A DNA stretch of 64,000 nt from Verrucomicrobiales bacterium (GTDB taxonomy: Bacteria > Verrucomicrobiota > Verrucomicrobiia > Verrucomicrobiales > V1-33): assembly GCA_031411295.1 (NCBI GenBank), contig JANOAV010000057.1, forward strand, positions 35,204 through 99,203. The letters are read 5' to 3'. The position numbers and the translations under genes were made by a program. Under the pieces are notes generated by a model, which did not search any database, was not told the DNA's origin, and worked only from the letters and a program-made list of their open reading frames with translations. Shown here piece by piece: positions 56,870-64,000 of the stretch. Numbering within the stretch: position 1 is the first letter of the stretch; every line of letters starts with the position of its first letter.

Positions 56870-57520
56870 ATGCGACTATTGATCGTGGAGGACGAACCGG
56901 ATTTGCTTGCCAGTCTCGCAGAGATTCTGCGCGATGAAGGGTATGCTGTGGACGAAGCGGCGGATGGCGAGGAGGGCTTGGAGAAGGCTCTGATGTGGGA
57001 TTATGATGCGGTGGTGCTGGACGTGATGCTGCCGCGGTTGAATGGCTTCGAAGTCCTGAACCGCCTGCGCACCCGCAAGAAAACGCCGGTGCTGATGCTA
57101 ACAGCGCGCAATCGTCCGCAGGATAAAGTGCGGGGCTTGGATGACGGGGCGGATGACTACTTGGCGAAACCGTTCGAACTCACGGAACTCTTGGCGCGAC
57201 TCCGGGCCTTGATTCGACGGGCTTCTGGGAATGCGGAGAACATTGTGCGCATCGGGGATGTGGTGATCGATCTGGCAGCGCATTCGGTGCACAAGGCGGG
57301 ACAACCAGTGAGCCTAACCGCGCGTGAATGCATCCTGCTGGAATATCTGGCCCAGCATCGGGGGCGGGTGGTGACGCGGACGCAGTTGTATGATCATTTG
57401 TTCGATGAGAACGAGAGCAGTCTATCCAACTTGCTGGACGTTCACGTGTCCAACGTTCGCAAGAAGTTGGGGCACGACTTCATCGAGACCAGACGGGGGC
57501 TGGGCTACTGCTTGAAATGA
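56870..57520 (+). CDS. OmpR-family response regulator
   Basis: LIVEDE, LDVMLP, LTAR, GADDYLAKPF, ETRRGLGY. Confidence 0.96.
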   Translation: MRLLIVEDEPDLLASLAEILRDEGYAVDEAADGEEGLEKALMWDYDAVVLDVMLPRLNGFEVLNRLRTRKKTPVLMLTARNRPQDKVRGLDDGADDYLAKPFELTELLARLRALIRRASGNAENIVRIGDVVIDLAAHSVHKAGQPVSLTARECILLEYLAQHRGRVVTRTQLYDHLFDENESSLSNLLDVHVSNVRKKLGHDFIETRRGLGYCLK

Positions 57521-58950
57521 TCCTGCCGACCACCTTACGCTGGCGCATTCAGCTCTGGCATTCGTTGCTGTTGTTGCTGGTGCTGGTGGGCTTCGGGCTG
57601 GCGGCATTCCGCTATCAGGAACGCAATATTTTGAACAACCTGGAAAAGGAGCTGCGGACGCGTTTGGATATCATTCATGCGGGCATGCCGGTGCCTCGAC
57701 CAGGCCCCCGGCCCGAGGGGCCGCCCGGGAAGGATCGGCCACCACCGAGAGATGATGACGGGCCAATGTTCAATTTGTCCGCCGAGCGCGCGGCCTTTTT
57801 TCAGGAAGCTGCTGGTGATTCATTTTACTATCAAATTTGGCGCAGGCGCGGGGAACCCTGGGCCCGCTCAGGGACTGCGCCCAAGAATATTCCCCTGCCC
57901 GCGCGGACGACAGGGCTGGGACTGGGATTTACGGATCGGGAGCGGGGAGACCTGCGGGAGGTGTTTTGGTTCACTCCCACTGGCGATGCTTTGCTGGTTG
58001 GAAAATCCGCCAAAGAGGAACTCGCAGAAATTCAGCGCTTCGGCAGAACGCTCGTTTTACTGGGCAGCGGAATCTTCTTTCTAGCTTTGGCGATCGGCTG
58101 GTGGATTACTAAACTGGCCCTGCGCCCAGTGCAGGTCATCGCAGCGTCTGCGCGCCGTATTGCCGCGGGACACCTGGAGGAACGAATCCCCATTCGAGAG
58201 CAGCGCAGTGAGTTGGGGGAACTGTCCGGCGTATTGAATGAAACGTTTACCAATTTGGAAAGTTCCTTCGAGCGCCAGGCGCGCTTTACCGCTGATGCCG
58301 CCCATGAGTTACGAACTCCAGTGGCGATCATTTTGTCACAAGCGCAGGCAGCCTTGCTGCGGGAACGAGATCCCGAGAGTTATCAACGCACGCTGGAAGC
58401 TTGCGTCAAGGCGGCCCGGCGCCTGCAACAACTTACCGAATCCCTGCTGGAACTGGCCACCCATGATGCCGGGGCCCTGCAATTGCAGTTGGAGCCGTGT
58501 GATTTAGCGAAGCTAACCCAGGAGACGGCCGATCTCATGCAACCGCTGCTGGCGGATCAAGGCATGAAGTTCTCGTGCCAACTGGCATTCACTCCCTGCT
58601 TGGCGGACGCAAACCGCATTGGGCAAATTATGGTCAACCTCCTGACCAACGCCCTGCATTACAATCGCCCCCAAGGCACCATTTATCTAACTACGAGATG
58701 TGATCAAACGGAAGTGGTCCTGTCGGTGCGCGACGAAGGCGAGGGGATTGCTCCCGAGCATTTGGAGCATATCTTCGATCGCTTCTACCGCGCGGAGGCA
58801 TCGAGAAATCGGCAATTCGGCGGGGCCGGGTTGGGACTGGCGATTTGTCAGGAAATAGCGTCCGCTCACGGCGGGCAGTTAGGCGTCACCAGCACCCTAG
58901 GGCAAGGCAGTGAGTTTACCTTGCGATTGCCAGCCAAGCCATCAGCCTGA
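57517..58950 (+). CDS. Sensor histidine kinase (HAMP-HisKA-HATPase)
   Basis: Two TMs, AAHELRTP, NLLTNA, DEGEGI, FDRFYR, GAGLGL. Confidence 0.96.
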   Translation: MILPTTLRWRIQLWHSLLLLLVLVGFGLAAFRYQERNILNNLEKELRTRLDIIHAGMPVPRPGPRPEGPPGKDRPPPRDDDGPMFNLSAERAAFFQEAAGDSFYYQIWRRRGEPWARSGTAPKNIPLPARTTGLGLGFTDRERGDLREVFWFTPTGDALLVGKSAKEELAEIQRFGRTLVLLGSGIFFLALAIGWWITKLALRPVQVIAASARRIAAGHLEERIPIREQRSELGELSGVLNETFTNLESSFERQARFTADAAHELRTPVAIILSQAQAALLRERDPESYQRTLEACVKAARRLQQLTESLLELATHDAGALQLQLEPCDLAKLTQETADLMQPLLADQGMKFSCQLAFTPCLADANRIGQIMVNLLTNALHYNRPQGTIYLTTRCDQTEVVLSVRDEGEGIAPEHLEHIFDRFYRAEASRNRQFGGAGLGLAICQEIASAHGGQLGVTSTLGQGSEFTLRLPAKPSA

Positions 58951-58957
58951 CCGCTGG

Positions 58958-59842
58958 TTAATCAAGCAACCGTTCCAGCACGGCTTCCACCGACAGATTC
59001 TCCAGTAAGCCCTCAGGGGAGCGTAGCGCCACGACGTGACTTCCCATGGGCCCCCAGATGGTCGCGTCTGTCGGTCCGAACAGCGCCAACGTGGGCACCC
59101 CCAAACTGGCTGCCAGATGAGAGATGCCGGTGTCATGGCCCACGTATTGCTGACATGCTAGGAGCAGTGGAACCAGATCTCCCAACGGCAACTGCTCAGC
59201 GTAAGCAATCGGCCAGGGCGCGTCCCGCAAGCCCAACTTGATTTCCGCCAGCGGCTGCTCATCTGCTTCGCCCGCAATGATGAGGAAGGAAATGTGGTCG
59301 TTGCCGATGGCGAGTCGCCTCATGAGTTCAAGCCACCGCTCGACGGGCCAATTCTTGAGATGGCTGCCGCTTCCGGGATGAATGGCATAGCGTTGCGGAG
59401 TAACCGCAACCTGCGGCAGGCGAGGCCAACAAACGGGCTCCACGGCACGTCCTAACGTGGTTGCCAATTGCTGGCTGGCGTGCTGGTCTGTGGCTCTCAC
59501 CACGGGATCCAGGAGCAGGAGATTCGCGCCTCTGGCAGCATCCACCTGGCTTTGAAACAGGCCGTCAGCATCGGTCAGCCAGGCGTAAATCTCATCGAAC
59601 TGGCGAAGCCACAGAACCAAGGAATCGGGCAGGGTTCCGGCCTGAAAAAGTGGCGTTAGGTGCGCTGATTCCAGATTCACTGCCTCATGGTTCCAGCCGC
59701 AGGATTGCAACAGTGCACTGTAGGCGGGACGGGTCACCAGCGTTAGTTCCTCAATGGCCAAGGCTTGCAGGGCAGGCAGTGTCAGCAGGAAATCCCCCAA
59801 CGCTCCGCCGCGGAACACCAGCGTGCGTTTCCGCGGATTCAT
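58958..59842 (-). CDS. GT9 family (ADP-heptose:LPS heptosyltransferase-like)
   Basis: GALGD, IHPGSG..KNW, GHDTGISHLA, LFGPT; start at 59842 overlaps the upstream stop. Confidence 0.92.
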   Translation of the reverse strand: MNPRKRTLVFRGGALGDFLLTLPALQALAIEELTLVTRPAYSALLQSCGWNHEAVNLESAHLTPLFQAGTLPDSLVLWLRQFDEIYAWLTDADGLFQSQVDAARGANLLLLDPVVRATDQHASQQLATTLGRAVEPVCWPRLPQVAVTPQRYAIHPGSGSHLKNWPVERWLELMRRLAIGNDHISFLIIAGEADEQPLAEIKLGLRDAPWPIAYAEQLPLGDLVPLLLACQQYVGHDTGISHLAASLGVPTLALFGPTDATIWGPMGSHVVALRSPEGLLENLSVEAVLERLLD

Positions 59843-61506
59843 GGGCCGAGCAATTGCTTGCTTAAGTCCGCCAGATTTTGCCGCATCGACTCCACCTCCT
59901 GGTGACTCGCTTCCTGCTGCTTGCGATGCAATTCGCACGCCTCCAGCAGGGGACGGTAGTGGGTGCTAAACGCGGTGAAAGCGCGTTGCAGCCAATCCTG
60001 CATGACAGTCTGGGCCTGCTCCGTCACCCGGCTAGTCTCCGCCGCCGCCAGATCAGACCATGCTTTGGTAAACTGCCGTTGCAGTGCCTGCTGATTCCAC
60101 CAAAACAGCCCTAACGCCAGAGCCAACACCCCGCAACCAACACCCGACAGCCACGGCAAATAGAGCCCTAAGCCAGCGGCAATACTTCCAGCGCCCAAGA
60201 CCAACAGCAGCCAAGTCAGACGCTGCGCTCCTTGAAATTTTTCAAACACCGGAGCCAAAGCTTCTCCCCAAGCGGCCCCGCTGCGCAGTGGGGCCAATAG
60301 TTGCGCCTGGGCTTGCCGCAGCGATTCCACTTCCGGCTTCAAACTTTGCGGTTCCTCCACCCGACGTCCTAACGCGACATCCATCGTCACCCGCGTCTGC
60401 CGCCAGAGCTTGGATAAATCCTGTCCCACGCGCTGACGCAGGGTTTTTGTCTGCACTTCCAGGGCCTCCTGCGCAGCCTGTAACCAAGCCTCGCCCACGG
60501 GAGCCAGCGCAGCGGAACTCGCGGCTGGCGGCACCAACTGACTGGCCGCAGTAAGCGCTTGCGTCACCTCCGGCAGCGTTGGTTCGCAAGCCTGCCAGGT
60601 CTCAGTTTTCTGCGCCTGCACCTCCTGGCCGATCCGCCTCAGCGCATCCCCCAAGGCATTGAGTCGCCCCGATCGCTCGGTGAGTTTTGCTTGCACATGG
60701 CTCAGTAAAACTTGCGCCATCCGCAAGGTGTTGCCCAGCTTTTCCCGCCGCGTGTTCGTCTCCGTCAGAATCTGATTGAGATATCCCTCGAGCGGTTGGA
60801 AGCGGCTCTGGGTCAGGAGTTCATCCTTGCCCACGCCGGAAGTCCGCGCCAGCAATGCCTGCCGGGCCGAGACGGGAAAGATTGGCAACTCCCGCCCGAT
60901 GAATTTCTTCACGCAGAGCTGCAAGTGCTCCAGAATGGCGTTCACTTCCATTTCAGAGCGGAGATCAATTTGCGACAGCACTAACACGATTCGTTTCCCC
61001 AACTGCTGATGAATTCGCGCGAGAAATTCCCAACATTTTGCGCCCCACGGATTGGTCACGGGGAGCACGAAGAGCACGGCATCCGCCCGCGGCAGGAATT
61101 GCTCGGTGATCGCTTCATGGCCTTCAGCTACGGAATTCACCCCCGGAGTATCCAGGATGTGGAAGTCTTGCAGGAAGGGCAGCGGGACCCTGATTTCATC
61201 AATCTCTGGAGAAAAGGAGATTTCCTGGCGGGAGAAACCATGGCGAAAATAGCGGATTTTATCCGTCGTGGGCAGAGCGCTGGTGGGGCAAAACTCCTCC
61301 CCGAAGAGACCGTTGAGCAACATCGACTTCCCTGCATTCACTTCCCCGGCCACGACAAACAAAAACGGGTCCTTCAAGCCTGCCACCAAGGAATTCACCG
61401 TGGCCGCAGGACTGGGTTGCACCCCCACGTCATCCGCCAGCCGACCCAGCGCAAAGAGCGCCAGACCCAGACGGGATCGTAGTTCGAGGGGGATTTCTGC
61501 AAGCAT
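59839..61506 (-). CDS. Bacterial dynamin-like GTPase
   Basis: G1 GEVNAGKS, G2 PTT, G3 DTPG, G4-like SQID, FPVSAR; helical stalk and a two-TM hairpin. Confidence 0.85.
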   Translation of the reverse strand: MLAEIPLELRSRLGLALFALGRLADDVGVQPSPAATVNSLVAGLKDPFLFVVAGEVNAGKSMLLNGLFGEEFCPTSALPTTDKIRYFRHGFSRQEISFSPEIDEIRVPLPFLQDFHILDTPGVNSVAEGHEAITEQFLPRADAVLFVLPVTNPWGAKCWEFLARIHQQLGKRIVLVLSQIDLRSEMEVNAILEHLQLCVKKFIGRELPIFPVSARQALLARTSGVGKDELLTQSRFQPLEGYLNQILTETNTRREKLGNTLRMAQVLLSHVQAKLTERSGRLNALGDALRRIGQEVQAQKTETWQACEPTLPEVTQALTAASQLVPPAASSAALAPVGEAWLQAAQEALEVQTKTLRQRVGQDLSKLWRQTRVTMDVALGRRVEEPQSLKPEVESLRQAQAQLLAPLRSGAAWGEALAPVFEKFQGAQRLTWLLLVLGAGSIAAGLGLYLPWLSGVGCGVLALALGLFWWNQQALQRQFTKAWSDLAAAETSRVTEQAQTVMQDWLQRAFTAFSTHYRPLLEACELHRKQQEASHQEVESMRQNLADLSKQLLGP

Positions 61507-61596
61507 GGAAAGGGAGATTTGGCCAGGGAGGGAATCAAGGTAGGATACACACGCCCCCGCTTCTGCATGGGGAAAAGTTTGGTGAGAGGAAATTCA

Positions 61597-62352
61597 TCAC
61601 AACCCGCTGGGGTGGTCGATGAACTGCCACGGCAAGCCGAATCCTTTTTCCAGCCATCCCGCCAAGGCCTTCACGCCAAAAGTCTCCGTGGCGTAATGAC
61701 CAGCGTAAATCAAGTTTACCCCCAACTCCTCCGCCAGAGTGTAAGACCAATGCGGTCCCTCGCCTGTGATGAGCGTATCAATCCCATAACTGGCGACCTT
61801 GGCGATCTCACTGCCGGCGGCCCCGGTCAGGATGGCCACGTTGCGAATGCGCTCCGGTCCGCCGGGGCACAGATGGACCCGCGCCCCAGCCACGGCGGTG
61901 CTGACGGCGGAGACTGCGGCTTCCCGCGAGAGGTCCACCGCGTAACGCTGGCCGGACCATTTTGCATCGCCAAACACCGCTCCCTCAGGAAATTCGCAGG
62001 CCTTGCCTAGCTGAACATTGTTTCCCAGAACCTGATGATAATCCAACGGCAGATGCACACTGTAGATCGCCAAGTCATGCTCCATGGCCAGACGCAGCTT
62101 CTCGTAATTGCTGCCGGTGATCATCTGCTGGCCATTCCAAAACATCCCGTGATGCACCAACAATAAATTTGCTCCCGCGGCACAGGCGGCTTGAATCACC
62201 GGCAGGCACGCATCCACCGCAGCCGCCACCTTCGTGACTTGCCCAGAGCGGTTGGTTAATTGCAGCCCATTATACGCTCCGGAGTAATCCGAAATTTCCG
62301 CCACGCGGAGTTCCGTCTGCATGGCACTAACGAGAGAGTCTAAAGAAGTCAT
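61597..62352 (-). CDS. Nif3-like dinuclear metal centre protein (YbgI family)
   Basis: DYSGAYNGLQ, LVHHG, HLPLD.H, ITGE, GHYATE; start 62352 or 62370. Confidence 0.93.
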   Translation of the reverse strand: MTSLDSLVSAMQTELRVAEISDYSGAYNGLQLTNRSGQVTKVAAAVDACLPVIQAACAAGANLLLVHHGMFWNGQQMITGSNYEKLRLAMEHDLAIYSVHLPLDYHQVLGNNVQLGKACEFPEGAVFGDAKWSGQRYAVDLSREAAVSAVSTAVAGARVHLCPGGPERIRNVAILTGAAGSEIAKVASYGIDTLITGEGPHWSYTLAEELGVNLIYAGHYATETFGVKALAGWLEKGFGLPWQFIDHPSGL

Positions 62353-62523
62353 GCCGTAATGAACCTCCATTTCAAAGCCTCGGCAAGCTCCCGAAAAAAT
62401 ATTTCACAAATTATCGAATAGGGCACAAGGAACCTCGTCGAAGAAGATGAACACACTGCGCTGCTCACAATTACAAGCAGGCAGCATCCGGTTCAACAAA
62501 CCAAAACCAAACCTACTGATCCC

Positions 62524-62862
62524 ATGAAACTTCGCTCGCTCCTTCTCACCGCCCTGCTTGGGCTAGGCGCGTTGGCTCCCCTGAACACCGCCAAGGCTGA
62601 CCACTCCTGTGAACGCACCCGCGTTACCTATGACAGCCACGGCTGCCCTATTTACTGGGTTTATACGGTAGTAGATCGCGACTGCCACGGCTGCCCGGTT
62701 TACGGCTGGGTGCGCAGCAGCCCACCATCCCGCCGTTATGATGATGACTATCGGCCCCGCTATTCAGGGTCTTCCTACCGGTCTGATCGCTCTGATCGTT
62801 GCAGTTCGGGGCCCAGCTTCAGCTACGGCAGTGGCGGATTCCACCTCCGCATCGGGCGCTAA
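62524..62862 (+). CDS. Small secreted hypothetical protein
   Basis: Signal peptide ending AKA; duplicated DxHGCP(I/V)Y; R/S/G/Y-rich tail; A/C-rich leader. Confidence 0.8.
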   Translation: MKLRSLLLTALLGLGALAPLNTAKADHSCERTRVTYDSHGCPIYWVYTVVDRDCHGCPVYGWVRSSPPSRRYDDDYRPRYSGSSYRSDRSDRCSSGPSFSYGSGGFHLRIGR

Positions 62863-62896
62863 TTCATCAGCGCAACGCTGCTAATAAATCAGACCC

Positions 62897-62942
62897 AACG
62901 CCCCGGGGCGGCTCCTCACAGAGCCGCCCCGGTTGGCGTTTT
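62897..62942. terminator. GC-rich hairpin between convergent genes
   Basis: CCGGGGCGGCTC-ctcaca-GAGCCGCCCCGG with outer AACGCC/GGCGTT and a short T run. Confidence 0.7.
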
Positions 62943-62961
62943 GGGATCGAATACGAATCGC

Positions 62962-63863
62962 TCATTTCCTGAGCAGACACAACCATGCCACCCCGGCCAC
63001 GGCCAGCAGGGTGCCAATAATTTGCGAGCGACTGGCGTGATCCTTCTCCATCCAGCGGGCCAGTGGGATGATGATCAGGGTGCTGCTGGCAGCGACTGCG
63101 AGCACGATGGCGCTGCTGCCGGTGGCTTGAATGGCCCATTGATAGCAACTCACGCCCAGCACCGGACCTAACAGCGTGGTCCCGCCCAGCCAAAATGCGG
63201 ACGTGCAGCCGGACCGCGTTTTCTGAAGCTTCGGCTGCAACTCCGCAGGCAGCCGACGCTGCGCCATCCGCACTAGCATATAGACCAACCCGGCACAGAG
63301 CACCCCGGCGGTGGTGCGCTGCCAAGCTTGGCTCAGTCCTGGAACCACGAGACCCAGATGCTGTGCTTTGGTGATCGCCAGGTGACTTAAGGCCGTGCCC
63401 CAGCCCATGCCCAGCGCACTCAGTAAAGCAAACGCCACCCCGCTGCGCAGCGCCACCGGACGCGGCCCGGATTTGCCATATAACAACGTAACCGCCAAAC
63501 CCAGCAAAATCAGCCCCGCTGCCAGCGCCTCCCACCAGCTCAGCGTGGTGCCCAGCAGCAAATAATCCCCCAACGCCCCGGTGACGGTGCTAACACAGAA
63601 GTGAATTAATAGCGTTAGTCGCGAGCCCAGGCGGGAATAAGCGAGAAACAAGCCCACGTCCCCCACGCCAAAGCCCACCAAGCCGCTCAGGAAGAACCAC
63701 CAGAACAGTTCCGCATGGATACTCTCCGGAAACGTAGCCCAGGTAATCAATCCAAGCACGGTGCAGGCTCCCACCAGTCGATAAAAATTTGCCGCCAGGC
63801 TACCGAAGATGCGGGTGGCCCGCTGGGAGAAAATAGCGGAACCGGCAAAGAGAAAAGCTGTAA
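62962..63863 (-). pseudogene. DMT/EamA family transporter, 5' end cut off by an IS insertion
   Basis: Multi-TM, SGLVGFGVGD. The frame continues upstream of the GTG at 63774 (LTAFLFAGSAIFSQRATRIFGSLAANFYRL) up to the IS end, with no in-frame ATG. Confidence 0.7.
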
Positions 63864-64000
63864 GAACCTGTCCGGCAAATAAACTTAACAGCCATAATGG
63901 GATTACTTAGTGAGGCGTCTGACGGCGAAGCCGATCATGGCGAGATAGACAAAGGCTTCGTGGTGACTGGGTTTGCGCTCGTGGTCGCGCACGAGGCGGC
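63864..64000 (-). mobile_element. IS5-family (IS1031-like) insertion sequence, right end
   Basis: Putative terminal IR GAACCTGTCCGGCAAAT starts at 63864, flanked by TAA (63861-63863, likely target duplication); the transposase 3' end lies just inside. Confidence 0.8.
63903..64000 (-). CDS. IS5-family transposase, C-terminal fragment
   Basis: Translates RLVRDHERKPSHHEAFVYLAMIGFAVRRLTK*, matching the RRL.RDYE.....EA..YLAM....RRL C-terminus of IS5/IS1031 transposases. Confidence 0.88.
   Translation of the reverse strand, partial: RLVRDHERKPSHHEAFVYLAMIGFAVRRLTK

Noticed and set aside
1..64000. tRNA, rRNA or prophage genes
   Set aside because: No cloverleaf or rRNA signatures or phage structural genes recognised by eye; tRNAscan-SE/Infernal would be needed to exclude small RNAs.

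Overview
A GC-rich bacterial chromosome segment whose gene content points to Verrucomicrobia/PVC (DUF1592/DUF1552 pair, tandem PQQ-like propellers, ECF sigma next to a Ser/Thr kinase, secreted proteins ending in F-Y/F-R-x-x-V/I). It holds about 50 CDS. Housekeeping genes include rnhB, tlyA, msrB, dinB, ychF, aroC, a class A PBP and an L,D-transpeptidase. There is also a surface-glycan cluster (20.9-29.2 kb), an OmpR/histidine kinase pair and a dynamin-like GTPase. Two accessory loci stand out. (1) At 7.3-14.3 kb, an ECF sigma, a membrane Ser/Thr kinase, a stand-alone C39-like cysteine peptidase and a 232-aa orphan ending in GGG plus a Ser-rich tail are followed by a convergent GT4. The locus has an internal ECF-type promoter and a codon-usage switch in mid-kinase, which suggests a polymorphic protease/substrate/receptor signalling or conflict module. 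(2) At 0.2-4.0 kb, two coupled STAND-like ATPases (one with wHTH and 42-aa TPRs) sit behind four copies of a 10-bp near-palindromic operator. Other elements are two inverted copies of a ~145-bp MITE/REPIN-like element bracketing 7 kb, a REP-like repeat family, a frameshifted GDSL hydrolase, a sulfatase remnant, an orphan HEPN-like islet, and the end of an IS5-family element inserted in a DMT transporter gene. I saw no rRNA, tRNA or CRISPR array. All calls come from reading motifs by eye; no database searches were run.
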